Made by a program: the position numbers and the translations under genes
Assembly (NCBI GenBank): GCA_963745035.1
Contig: CAVUVW010000026.1
Location: 32,001-96,000 of the forward strand
DNA from: an uncultured delta proteobacterium
Lineage (GTDB): Bacteria > Desulfobacterota > Binatia > UBA9968
DNA length: 64,000 nucleotides
Reading direction: 5' to 3'
Notes under the pieces: model-generated
What the model was told of the DNA's origin: nothing
Databases searched by the model: none
What the model saw: only the letters and a program-made list of their open reading frames with translations
Shown here: positions 10,762 through 20,254 of the stretch, in pieces
Layout: each line of letters starts with the position of its first letter
Numbering within the stretch: the stretch's first letter is position 1

Positions 10762-11754
10762 ATGAGAAAACTGGTTGCAATGATCGCCGGCGTGGTCCTC
10801 CTGGCTCTGACTGTCCCATCAATTTTTGCCCAGGAAAAGAAAAATCTGCGCATGGTGTTCGTGAGTCTTGCCTGGAACAGCGAAATTCCTTTTCGCGTGG
10901 CGCTGGCGCGCGGTTTTTTCAAGCAGCAGGGGCTGCAGGTCGAACCGATTCTGATCCGCGGCGGGCCGGCCGCGATCGCGGCGTTGGTTTCGGGCGAGGT
11001 CGATTATGCCGCCATCGGCGGAGCCCAGGCGGTCTTTCGCAGCCGCGCCCGCGGTTTGGATTTGTCGATCATCGGCTGCACGTCGAGCACGACCAACTAC
11101 ATTCTTCTCGGCAACAAGCAGACGCGCACGATAGAAGACCTCAAAGGCAAGACCATCGGCATCACCGGCGCCGGAACCTATTCCGAATTCGCCATGAAGG
11201 CCTTTCTCAAGAAATCCAATATCAATCCCGAAAAAGACGTCGTTCTGCGCGCCATCGGCGGCACCGTGCTGCGCGCCGCGGCCATCGAGAAGGGAATCAT
11301 CGCGGCGGCGCCGTTCTCGCCTGAAGACGGAGTGCGGCTGATCAAGGCCGGCTATTCGGTCATCAGCAACCTCAGCGAATCATTGGGCATCCCGCAGAAT
11401 ATTCTCGTCTCCCGGAACGAAGTCTTGGAAAAATATCCCGAGACTACCAAGCGCGTGCTCAAGGCCTACATCCAAGGAATCAATTTGGCGAAGTTCAACA
11501 AGAAGGAGGCGATCAAGGCGGGCTACGAGTCCGGTCTCCAGGGCGAACCGGACATCGTCAGCGCGGCCTGGGACCTGTACGCGCCGGGCCTCACTTCCGA
11601 CCTCTCGATCGCCACCGCCGGCCTGCAGCAGATGCTCGACGAAGATATTCGCGCCGGCCTGCTGGACAAGAACTTCACCCTGGACCGGGTGATCAACGAC
11701 CGCATTCTCAAGATCGCACAGCAGGAGCTGCGAGCCGAGGGACGGATCAAGTAA
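10762..11754 (+). CDS. ABC transporter substrate-binding protein (NitT/TauT/NMT1-like)
   Basis: Signal peptide, ARGFFKQQGL.VE.I, AALVSGEVD, IEDLKGKTIGIT. Confidence 0.9.
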   Translation: MRKLVAMIAGVVLLALTVPSIFAQEKKNLRMVFVSLAWNSEIPFRVALARGFFKQQGLQVEPILIRGGPAAIAALVSGEVDYAAIGGAQAVFRSRARGLDLSIIGCTSSTTNYILLGNKQTRTIEDLKGKTIGITGAGTYSEFAMKAFLKKSNINPEKDVVLRAIGGTVLRAAAIEKGIIAAAPFSPEDGVRLIKAGYSVISNLSESLGIPQNILVSRNEVLEKYPETTKRVLKAYIQGINLAKFNKKEAIKAGYESGLQGEPDIVSAAWDLYAPGLTSDLSIATAGLQQMLDEDIRAGLLDKNFTLDRVINDRILKIAQQELRAEGRIK

Positions 11755-11756
11755 GC

Positions 11757-12185
11757 ATGGGCGAGGAACGCGCTTTCGCGGCGCCGGCCCCGCAAATTGC
11801 GCTACGGCAGGTTGGAGCGGTCCGAGCTGGAGCGCTGGAGTACTGGACTGTTGGCTGGCAAGTGGAGAATACGGGAAAGCAGCCGCTCAAGATCTTGGCG
11901 GCGCGTTTACCGCACGGGCAATTCAAGGCGGAAGAGACGCGCTTTGAGCCGCCGCTCGATCTAGCGCCCCGCGCGCACCAACGATTTCAAACATCGGTGC
12001 GCTGCAATGAGCCGCGCGGACTGGTGACCGAGAACGCGTTCGTCATCTTCCATGTGATTTGGTCCGGCGAATCATGGCGCATTTTCGCGCGCCTGCGCGT
12101 TGAAGTTGATGGCGGCGGCATGCCGAAGGCGGCAACCGAATCTATTACCACGCAGAAAGTCGGGTTCTCGGGAGTAAGCTCGTAG
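11757..12185 (+). CDS. Hypothetical beta-rich protein
   Basis: 142-aa ORF starting 2 nt after the SBP stop, host-like codon usage. Confidence 0.65.
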   Translation: MGEERAFAAPAPQIALRQVGAVRAGALEYWTVGWQVENTGKQPLKILAARLPHGQFKAEETRFEPPLDLAPRAHQRFQTSVRCNEPRGLVTENAFVIFHVIWSGESWRIFARLRVEVDGGGMPKAATESITTQKVGFSGVSS

Positions 12186-12321
12186 TAGAAACATATCGCT
12201 TATTACACGACTTGCTGCACTCACAGCGCCGTTAGCCACGTCATTCCCGCATGCTTTAGCGGGAATCCAGGCGAGCTTTGATGAAATCCAAAGTGAATGT
12301 TCGGTGACATCGGGGATCAAA

Positions 12322-12543
12322 ATGGCTGACAAAGAAAAAGACCTTTACATCCTTCAGCGCATGCGCGGCTGACACAACAATTGAGGCGTCGGCTTCGAAG
12401 AGACCACGGGTATGGTCTCCAATGCGGTGAAGATGAGCGAGAAAGAAGTGATCGCGGCGCTCAAGCGCCTGCGCGCAGAGCACAGCGACGATCCGGAATA
12501 CAAGAAGCTGCGGAAAGATCTACCGAAGGAGTGGCCGATTTAA
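12322..12543 (+). CDS. 73-aa protein with two in-frame TGA codons (GUHNNUG), candidate double selenoprotein
   Basis: GGGGA RBS then MADKEKDLYILQRMRG*HNN*GVGFEETTGMVSNAVKMSEKEVIAALKRLRAEHSDDPEYKKLRKDLPKEWPI-TAA; TGA at 12370 and 12382. Confidence 0.75.
12400..12419 (+). promoter_or_regulatory. SECIS-like hairpin for the UxxxU gene
   Basis: GAGACCA-CGGGTA-TGGTCTC perfect 7-bp stem; loop 22 nt after the second TGA and 34 nt after the first. Confidence 0.6.
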
Positions 12544-12681
12544 GCCTTGGTGGTCAGTTGCCGGAGGGACGTAGTCAGTTCGGCTGGGCACAACAGCTTC
12601 CCCCAATTAAGCGCAGAATGTCATTCTGAGGCGGAGCCGAAGAATCTGCTTTTGATAGGGAAGCCGTTTTGCAAACCGCGC

Positions 12682-13440
12682 TTAGGTAGCGGAAAGCTTC
12701 ACTTTCGGCTGCCGCAGATTCAGATCCTTCACGCCGCCCCAGAATTCCCTCTTACCCGTCATCGCCTGAACGTGGCCGTCCCATTCCAACGTGAACGCGG
12801 TCAGGCCGAGCTTCACCGCGGCGCGTACTTTGTCTTGCGTCGCATCATCGATAGCCAGTTGCCGAATCGCGTCGATCTGCCTGCTGCCGTGGCCTTCGTC
12901 CTCCTCGGCATGGAGCTGGTAAGTTTCCGCGGCGCGCGGCGAAAAGCCGTAGTGGCCGGTAAGCTCGCGATAGACTTTTTCGGAAATTTTCCCGGCGCCG
13001 CCGAGCTGGCTCTCGACGAAAGCGAGCATGGCCACGCCTTCGAGGGCTGAGCGGCGCTGGCAGCAGCCGATGATCATTTCGATGGCCGCGAGTGTTCCCG
13101 GCGCCGGCTCGGCGTTGTCGGCATCCTCGCGCGAGATGCCGCCTTCTTCGAGAAACTGGAACATGATGTCCATGTGCGTTCGTTTGCCGCCCAGCTCTTC
13201 CATGAAGTTTTCCAGCACCGTGTCCATGACCGCGTACTCTTTCGCGGAGACGGCATTGACCGCCATATATCCGAAGAAGATCGGGTTGGTGCGCACTCTC
13301 AAGTAATGCTGCACTTCGCCGAGAATAATCTGCTCGCGGCTCCAGCGATGCTTGATGATGCCGTCGAACCAGGGATGCTGCTCCATCGGCACCTCGGCCG
13401 CATAGCCCCAAAGCTCGTCGATAAACTTCTCCGGCTTCAT
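12682..13440 (-). CDS. Iron-containing redox enzyme (TenA/PqqC/CADD-like)
   Basis: HPWF, ENFMEEL...H, YQLHAEEDEGHG ligand pattern. Confidence 0.8.
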   Translation of the reverse strand: MKPEKFIDELWGYAAEVPMEQHPWFDGIIKHRWSREQIILGEVQHYLRVRTNPIFFGYMAVNAVSAKEYAVMDTVLENFMEELGGKRTHMDIMFQFLEEGGISREDADNAEPAPGTLAAIEMIIGCCQRRSALEGVAMLAFVESQLGGAGKISEKVYRELTGHYGFSPRAAETYQLHAEEDEGHGSRQIDAIRQLAIDDATQDKVRAAVKLGLTAFTLEWDGHVQAMTGKREFWGGVKDLNLRQPKVKLSAT

Positions 13441-13591
13441 GGGCTAACGTCTAACGCAGTCGAAATGGAATGTCTACGACGGAAAAAGCCTCGGCGGTGC
13501 GCCGCCTTTTTGTCATTGGATTCAGCGAGCGTGACCAGGCGTGTTCGCTCGCAAGAGTCGCATTCGGCCGGTTCTCACTTCGACCAATTGT

Positions 13592-13620
13592 TTGACTTGA
13601 CCGAGCAATCTCGTTATTAA
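13592..13620 (+). promoter_or_regulatory. Sigma70-type promoter of the tRNA operon
   Basis: TTGACT-N17-TATTAA ending 16 nt upstream of tRNA-Lys. Confidence 0.55.
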
Positions 13621-13636
13621 ATTATGGTTCCGCCGC

Positions 13637-13712
13637 GAGCCGTTAGCTCAGTCGGTAGAGCATCTGCCTTTTAAGCAGAGGGTCGCCGGTTCGAATCCGG
13701 CACGGCTCACCA
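13637..13712 (+). tRNA. tRNA-Lys(TTT)
   Basis: Acceptor GAGCCGT/ACGGCTC, anticodon arm TCTGC-CTTTTAA-GCAGA, GGTTCGAATCC, CCA end. Confidence 0.97.
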
Positions 13713-13716
13713 GCAC

Positions 13717-13794
13717 GTCCCCGTCGTCTAGCTCGGCCCAGGACACCGGCCTTTCACGCCGATAACACGGGTTCAAATCCCGTCGGGGACGCCA
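13717..13794 (+). tRNA. tRNA-Glu(TTC), integration target
   Basis: Acceptor GTCCCCG/CGGGGAC, loop CTTTCAC, GGTTCAAATCC, CCA end. Confidence 0.96.
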
Positions 13795-13821
13795 AACAAT
13801 CAAGCACTTGCCGCTGATTCT

Positions 13822-14988
13822 TCACTCTCGGTTTTTTCTTGGGAGCAGTGTCGCGGAGAAACTTTGCAAAGCCGCTTTCAGGTCCGCCTTGGTGAGATTC
13901 TGATATTTTTTGTGATGACGCTACGCTTGAATGACCCGCAGCTAACATCGCGGCAGCGGTCGGCATGCCAGCGGTTGCCCAGCGAGAAATGCGGCAATGG
14001 CGCAGATCGTGGAAAATGAAGTCTTTGATTTTTGCTTCCCTGCACGCTTTGCGGAAGTGATATTCAAACTTCAACTTGTCCATCGGCTGACCGTCCATCG
14101 TTAGAACCGAGATCGCCGACATTCGGGAGCTCTGCGGCGCTCTGCCTGCAACTCCGCAATCAGCGCTTTCAGTTCGGGCGTGAAGACCGGGACTGCTTGC
14201 GGCGTCCCGGTTTTTCCGCGGCCGTTTTGTAGTTCAATGATTCCCTCGCGCAAATCGATTTCGCTCCAGGTCAGACGGAACAAATCCGAGCGGGACAACG
14301 CGGTTTCCCATGCGAGACAATGGCGTCTTCGAGCCACGTCGGGCATTTTTCCAGCAAGGTCGCGAAACTCTTTGTCGGTGAGCATCCGGTTCCGGTCGCT
14401 CTCTTTGTGCATCTCGAACTTCGTCACCTTGTGGACGAATCCCTTTGTCAGGGCGAAGCGCAGAAACTTTCGCAGCGTTCCGACTTCTTTGTTGATGGTC
14501 GTTTGTGAAACCACTTTCTCGGACTCTTCGCCGTGCTTGATGATTTTTTGCTTTGTTCGCTTTTCCCGATAGCCGATAACATCATCGTCACAGATTTGCG
14601 CGATTAGCTTTGAGCCGAAAAGCTTTTCCAGCGGCTTTAGGTGCCACGTCGAAACTGATTTCATTGACTCCGGGCATTGCGCAACGAACTTCGAGAACGT
14701 CATCCCCCTGGCGGTGCGCTTTTGCTTTATCTCATCGAAATCGACTTCATGGGAATTTTTCTTGTCAATGTCGATAGACCTTCTGAATAGGCTGCTTCTC
14801 ATTCTTCCCGAGCGCGAACTTCCGGCTGAACGTGTTGCCAGTCCGTGAATTGGCCGTAATAGCGCGTTCTCGGCTTTCCTGACGCCACGTAGCTGCGTCG
14901 AAACAAACGCGGGACGATATTCTCGTCCCCGTCGAAACGAATCCGTTCCGCCTTCTCCTTCATCGCTTTGCCCCTTTCCGTTGAGCAC
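13822..14988 (-). CDS. Tyrosine integrase of element 1 (several frameshifts; ends approximate)
   Basis: ETALSRSDLFRLTWSEIDL, FIFHDLRHCRISRW, AAGHSS; catalytic Tyr (HKKYQNL) lies in a shifted frame. Confidence 0.85.
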
Positions 14989-15012
14989 GCCTGTCTTGCT
15001 GCCCCTACCTAC

Positions 15013-15717
15013 TCACTTCAACGTTGCCGCCAACAAAATTTTTCGGTTGGCGTATTTGATTTCCTTCGCTAGCTCTCTTCGGTCGCGCTTTTCTTCGACT
15101 ATCTCCGCCAACAGCTTCGCGTCGAATCCGGGGAGCCGTGCCACAATCTCTGAGAACGGCAACCGTCGCCCTAGTGTTTGAAGCAGAAGCAGCTTGCCTT
15201 TGACTTCGTTCCAGCGCCTATTCGCCCGCGCTTGCTCGACTCGCTTCTGTGCTTGCGTGCTGTCGTGTTCCCGAAGACAAACATCGCCGCAGTAGCGCCT
15301 TTTTTGCTGGCGAGGAAAAAAGAACCGCGCACACTGCTTACAGCGCCTCAAGCGCCAAAACTGGTCGCGGTTGATGGCGTTGATGAGCGAGACAGCAACT
15401 CCGCTTTCCGGTCGCGAGGTGTTGTAAAGCATCTCGAACGAGCGGCGCTCAGAAGCGGGAGTCCACTCCACCACGTTCGCGTGCTTCTCGACGAACTCGG
15501 CGAGCGCGCCAGTGATTTTGCCCTGAGCGTGCGCGTCGAGAATCAGCTTTTGAATTTCTCCCGCTCGCTTTCGGCTCAAATAATTCAAGTAAAAGTCTAC
15601 CCGTCGCCCTTGTGAGCCGGACTTGCTGGCAAAGTCGGCGTTCATAAAATCGACGACGGTATTTAGGGCGCCTAGTTTTGTTTCTCGGTTCGTGCGCGCT
15701 TTCGTCATTGTTAACAA
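15013..15717 (-). CDS. Putative regulator with CGNR-like Zn finger
   Basis: LRRCKQCARFF.....RRYCGDVC; divergent from the replication operon. Confidence 0.6.
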   Translation of the reverse strand: MLTMTKARTNRETKLGALNTVVDFMNADFASKSGSQGRRVDFYLNYLSRKRAGEIQKLILDAHAQGKITGALAEFVEKHANVVEWTPASERRSFEMLYNTSRPESGVAVSLINAINRDQFWRLRRCKQCARFFFPRQQKRRYCGDVCLREHDSTQAQKRVEQARANRRWNEVKGKLLLLQTLGRRLPFSEIVARLPGFDAKLLAEIVEEKRDRRELAKEIKYANRKILLAATLK

Positions 15718-15824
15718 TCCGGAATTTGCTTCGCATCCGTCCTAGACTTTACCCGAAACATTGGACTAGTGTCAATACATTATGAAACACAAGCGAGCAT
15801 TAACGAAGGCGTCGCATGACGCAT

Positions 15825-15977
15825 ATGGCCATCCGAATGCCGCGAGGGTTGCGGGACTTGGTGAGAGCGGCGGCAGCGGCTCAGGAAATCAGTCAGAGCG
15901 ACTTCATGCGCCGAGCCGTCGAAGAGCGTGCGCAAAGCGTGCTCACGGCGAAAACTTTGCGGGCACCCGCAGCATGA
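15825..15977 (+). CDS. Small ribbon-helix-helix DNA-binding protein
   Basis: MAIRMPRGLRDLVRAAAAAQEISQSDFMRRAVEE; ATGA-coupled to the next gene; true start may be 15782. Confidence 0.6.
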   Translation: MAIRMPRGLRDLVRAAAAAQEISQSDFMRRAVEERAQSVLTAKTLRAPAA

Positions 15978-16571
15978 ATCCAGACCTCGTGGAAATCGTT
16001 CAGGCCGCTGGCGTTGCGCTCCGTCGGCAGGGCAAGGAATTTACCGGCCTGTGTCCGTTCCATGCGGACAAACATCCCAGCTTCGCCGTCAATCCCGACA
16101 AGCAGGTTTGGTTCTGCCACGCCTGCTCTGAGGGCGGCGACCCATTCGCTTTATCGAAAAATTTCATGGCGTCATGTTCAAGGAGGCGCTGGCGATTCTC
16201 GGAATCGACGGAGGGAAGAGGCCGCCGTGCTCGATGGCGCTCGATGCAAAGGCGCGAGAACTCGCAGGCTGGGTGAACGAACAGACGGCGAGGGCCGAAT
16301 ACCTGCTCCGCAAACTTGGCCAGAAAATTATCTCGCGCAGCAATGCGGAGATGCTGCCGTGCTCGACTCGTTCGAGCGCGAGTGGAGTGTGCTCGAAACT
16401 ATCGCCGAGGACCTGCAACACGAAGCGCACGCCGTCGAGATGTACGAGAGCCGCGAGGCCGTCGAGAGTGTCTTAGCAGAAGGTGTCGTTGAACCTTGGC
16501 CAGATTTCCCGCCGCTGACGCCTGAGTACCGGGCTTTCCTGCGTTCGCTCCCATACCCGGAGGTCCGATGA
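15974..16571 (+). CDS. CHC2 zinc-finger (primase N-terminal) protein, frameshifted
   Basis: GLCPFHADKHPSFAVNPDKQVWFCHAC..GGD. Confidence 0.8.
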
Positions 16572-17985
16572 GCCCCCAAACCGCGAAGCGCGCCATCGAA
16601 AAGGCAGAGCGCGCGCTTGCTGTGTTCCGTCCAAACGGATCCGCGACAAAAATCGAAGAGCCTCCGCACAACACGGACCTTGGAAGCGCGCAACGGTTCC
16701 GCCTGATGCATGGAGCTAACGTCCGCCATTCAACGCAACTCGGCTGGCTCATCTGGAACGGCAAGCGATGGGCGAGGGATACGACGCAGGAAATCGAGCG
16801 GCTGGCGCGTGAGACGGTGCGCGGCATCTATCGGGAAGCAGCGGACTGCCCGGATAAGGACGCCCGGCAATCCCTCGCAGAGTGGGCGGCGAAGTGTGAA
16901 TCGGTCCAGAAAATCAGCGCCATGCTGACGCTGGCGGAATCAGAGCCGGGAATCGCAGTCAATGCCGACATATTCGACAGGCACGAGTGGCTCATCAATC
17001 TCGCCAATGGAACGTTTGACGTCAAAGCCTGGAAGCTGCGGGACCATCAGCGCGGCGACTATCTCACAAAGATGATGCCCGTCGCATTTGACGACTAGCA
17101 GCCTCTGCCCCATGTGGGAAAAATTCGTGCTTGAGATTACCGGGGAAAATCTGGAGCTGTTCCGCTTCCTGCAAAAGGCGACCGGCTACTCCCTCATCGG
17201 CAGCACCCGCGACCAATGTTTCTTTCTCCTCTACGGCACAGGGTCAAACGGCAAATCGACTTACATCAAGACAATCAGCACCATGCTCGGCGACTATGCG
17301 GGCGCAACGCCGATGGAAAGCCTGCTCATCAAGCGCGGCGATGCTATCCGCAACGACGTTGCGCGGCTCGCCGGTCTGCGCTTCGTCTCGGCGGTCGAGA
17401 CCGAAGGCGGTCGAAGGCTCGCGGAGAGTCTCGTCAAGCAGCTCACCGGCGGCGACAAAATGACCGCGAGATTTTTGCATCATGAATTTTTCGAGTTCGA
17501 CCCGGCGTTCAAGCTTTGGCTCGCGGTGAATCACAAGCCGAAGATTGTCGGCACCGACAATGCCATCTGGCGGCGAGTGCGCCTGATTCCGTTCGAGGTG
17601 ACTATCTCGGACGCGGAGAAAGACCCGGACCTTGCCGAAAAACTCAAGGCGGAGCTGCCGGGGATTCTCAATTGGGCGCTTGAGGGACTGCAACGATGGC
17701 GACGCGAAGGACTCAAAGAGCCGGACGCGGTCAAGGCGGCGACGCGGGCCTACCGGAGCGAGATGGACGTTATCGGCAATTTTCTTGAGGACTGCTGCGA
17801 CACCGACGCGGAGGCGGAGGTCAACAAAGCGGCGCTCTACAAAGCTTATGCGGAGTGGGCGCACGAAGCGGGAGAGCGGACAGTCAGCAAGAACGACTTC
17901 GGGACAGCGATGCTGGAAGCGCGGGTTCACCGAAACGCGCAGCAAACGGGAGCGGTTTTGGGTCGGAGTGACCCTGCTGGACTAA
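16568..17985 (+). CDS. P4-family/D5-like primase-helicase (SF3), frameshifts near 17090 and 17920
   Basis: TDLGSAQRF, WLIWNGKRW, INLANG, LYGTGSNGKST, VKQLTGGD.MTARFL, NHKP...D.AIWRR. Confidence 0.9.
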
Positions 17986-17993
17986 GGGCAAAG

Positions 17994-18098
17994 GGTGACA
18001 CAGGTGACACAGGTGACACGGTTTTGGGGTTTTTTTCTATATACGCGCTCGCGTGAGAAAATATGAAAAACAGCGTCACCCTGTGTCACCGTGTCACC
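17994..18098. repeat. Iteron-type replication origin of element 1
   Basis: GGTGACAC at 17994, 18003, 18012; inverted (G/C)GTCACC-type copies at 18073, 18083, 18091; AT-rich spacer; directly after the helicase. Confidence 0.75.
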
Positions 18099-18146
18099 CG
18101 CAGCCAACAGTGCGGACGCCGGGATGCCATATAACAAGGTCGAGTC

Positions 18147-18419
18147 ATGAAGTGGTTATCCCCAGGCACGATCGCTGAGCTTTACGACATGTCGCCGAAG
18201 TCCGTGCACAGGATGATCGACCGTGGTGAGCTTCCGGCAGTGGTGTTTCCGAACGGAAAAAAGCGGGTGTCTGAGGAAGCGCTGGACAAACTGCTTCGAC
18301 GCGGTGCGCGCAAACAGAGACGCCCGCGCACCCTCGCCGACGAAGGGACCGAGAGCGGCGATTCCGTCGAGCACTCATCGGCCCTTCGGGCGAGTGAGCA
18401 CAAGCCGAAGTTCGCGTGA
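18147..18419 (+). CDS. Excisionase-like HTH protein
   Basis: WLSPGTIAELYDMSPKSVHRMIDRGELPAV. Confidence 0.75.
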   Translation: MKWLSPGTIAELYDMSPKSVHRMIDRGELPAVVFPNGKKRVSEEALDKLLRRGARKQRRPRTLADEGTESGDSVEHSSALRASEHKPKFA

Positions 18420-18425
18420 GAGCAG

Positions 18426-18936
18426 ATGAAAACTGAGACTGAGAATTTTGGGGAGCAGTCCGGGAGCAAAAACGCAACGCGCATGAGCGCCGCAGCAACG
18501 AAGCAAAAGCACCGGCGAGAGTATCGAAAGCACGGTGATGTTGCCCGGCAGAAGAAAGTTCGGAAGCACGGCTTCAACGCGATAGACGCACGAACGCGAC
18601 CGGGCAAGGCGGCAAGCGATTGGCGGCGGTATGCGTTCGAGCGGAAAGGCGGGCGAAGGCAATGTCCCGTTCACTTGAGAGAAAAAATCGAAAGCGCCGC
18701 GTTCTGCTTTGGCGAGCGCTGGAGCTGACGGGACTACATCATCGCGGACTGCAAAGAAGCGCGGCACTCCGCTGAATCGCAGGAGGGCGAAGCTTCCCGC
18801 GATAAACGAGCAGCACGATTCGCTGATGAGCCAGTGGCAGCGGATCAACGATGAACTCGAACTGGACAAGCGGCTTGGACCTGGCGCGGCGCTACATGGC
18901 CGAAGGGGGCAAGCGATAAGAAGTTTATCAGATTGA
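18426..18936 (+). CDS. TerS-like protein (frameshifted), homolog of 44895..45386
   Basis: KHG...AIDAR...KA...WR...GG shared with the element 2 gene; upstream of terL. Confidence 0.5.
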
Positions 18937-19563
18937 CGTCCGGCGCGGCTACGGCGTGACAACGAGCCAAGCCAGCCGCGCCAGAGCGTGAGCACTTACG
19001 AAATGCACGGCAAGCCGCAGGACCGAGCAGCCGTCATGGCGGAGAGCGTTAACGTCACGGAGATCGTGACGTTGCGAATCGGCGGGCGCTCTCTGCGCTA
19101 CAAGTACGAGCGATGGGGCAACGGGGGCGGGGCGCTCACCAGTGCAGCGGCAAAAGAACCAGTATTGACGATCAATACTGGTTTAGACGGGAGCACTGAA
19201 TGACTTGCAGATTTCAAGTTCAAATCGATTTGAAGTTGAAATTCGCCGCTGCCGTAACGTAACGCCGTAACGCGACCGTGACACTACCGGCGGGAGTTGA
19301 GCGATGAGATGCGCGAGGTCATGCGGCAGGAAGGCGCGGCACGGCTCCCGGATTTGCGAGACCTGCGCGGAGCGGCAAGTCGCGCGCGACGAAGAGAGAA
19401 ACCGCAGCGGCAAGCAGCGTAGTGAGAGCTGGAAGCGTTACGACCGCAGGCGAGGCCAAAGGTGAGCCACAAGCGCACCGGGATTGATTTAAACGGGATT
19501 AGCGGAACGGTGAAGGGTCCAGGTCCAACTGAGCCGCAGCGTTCGTTTTAGCCGTGTTGCAAC

Positions 19564-19806
19564 ATGGAAGAAGGGCATTCTCAACAGTGCGCGTCCCCGG
19601 TTTGCTCTGTCAGCTTCGAGCCGAGCGGGCCGAAGGTGAGGCCGAAGCAGTTCTGCTGTCAGCGGTGCGCGATTGAAGCGTCAATCATTCGCAGAGCGGC
19701 AAGACTGCTGGCGAAGCTGCCGGACGATGAAGCACTGAAAGCCTTACGAGAACGAGATGGAAAATGCCGTAACGAAATTCAATGTCCCGGAGTCGGAATT
19801 CGATGA
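19564..19806 (+). CDS. Small Zn-finger protein, homolog of ~44170..44400
   Basis: CASPVC...KQFCCQRC....IRRAARLLAK. Confidence 0.6.
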   Translation: MEEGHSQQCASPVCSVSFEPSGPKVRPKQFCCQRCAIEASIIRRAARLLAKLPDDEALKALRERDGKCRNEIQCPGVGIR

Positions 19807-20254
19807 ACGAAAACTGTCCCAGCGCTGCCCTTCAGATAGACGGCTCCGCAAGATTTGCACAGCATGGCTGTCGCTTTTTGAAGAACGATGTCAGTCCGTA
19901 CTTTGCTTGGAAGCTGCGCATATTCGAGATAATCCAGCGATCTTTGCGCTGCAACTCTGCATTTTGACGGGCAGTCACTTTCCATCTGTCGGGCTCCTGA
20001 TGGGATGAAGCAATGCTGAGGTGCCAAAAAGCAAAGGACGTTCCACCAAAGTGGGCCTTGAGCTTTTGAGAGGGCGCGATGAAACGTGAAGCCGTGACGG
20101 AAGCCGAGCGCGTTTATGTGCTCGCGTCGGCGCTGCTGGCCGAGAGTCCGGAGCATCGGCGCGGAGAAGGCCGTGAGGCTGGCGGTGCTGTTCATTCGGC
20201 TGTTCGAGGAGGTCGAGTTGTTCCGCTATCACCTGGAACTCTTGAAGGAGCACC

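Noticed and set aside
13746-13762. C-A mismatch at the top of the tRNA-Glu anticodon stem as an integration scar
   Set aside because: The displaced copy at 28184 has the same GCCGA, so the integration did not introduce it
13754-14122. Integrase 1 apparently also ending in LASPTGFEPVLSA through the tRNA
   Set aside because: The catalytic Tyr segment (HKKYQNLTKADLKAAL) is in another frame that stops near 13822; the read-through looks like a frameshift artefact
17994-18098. Short repeats as a CRISPR array
   Set aside because: 8-bp units with no unique spacers and no cas genes; fits an origin. No CRISPR array was seen anywhere in the window
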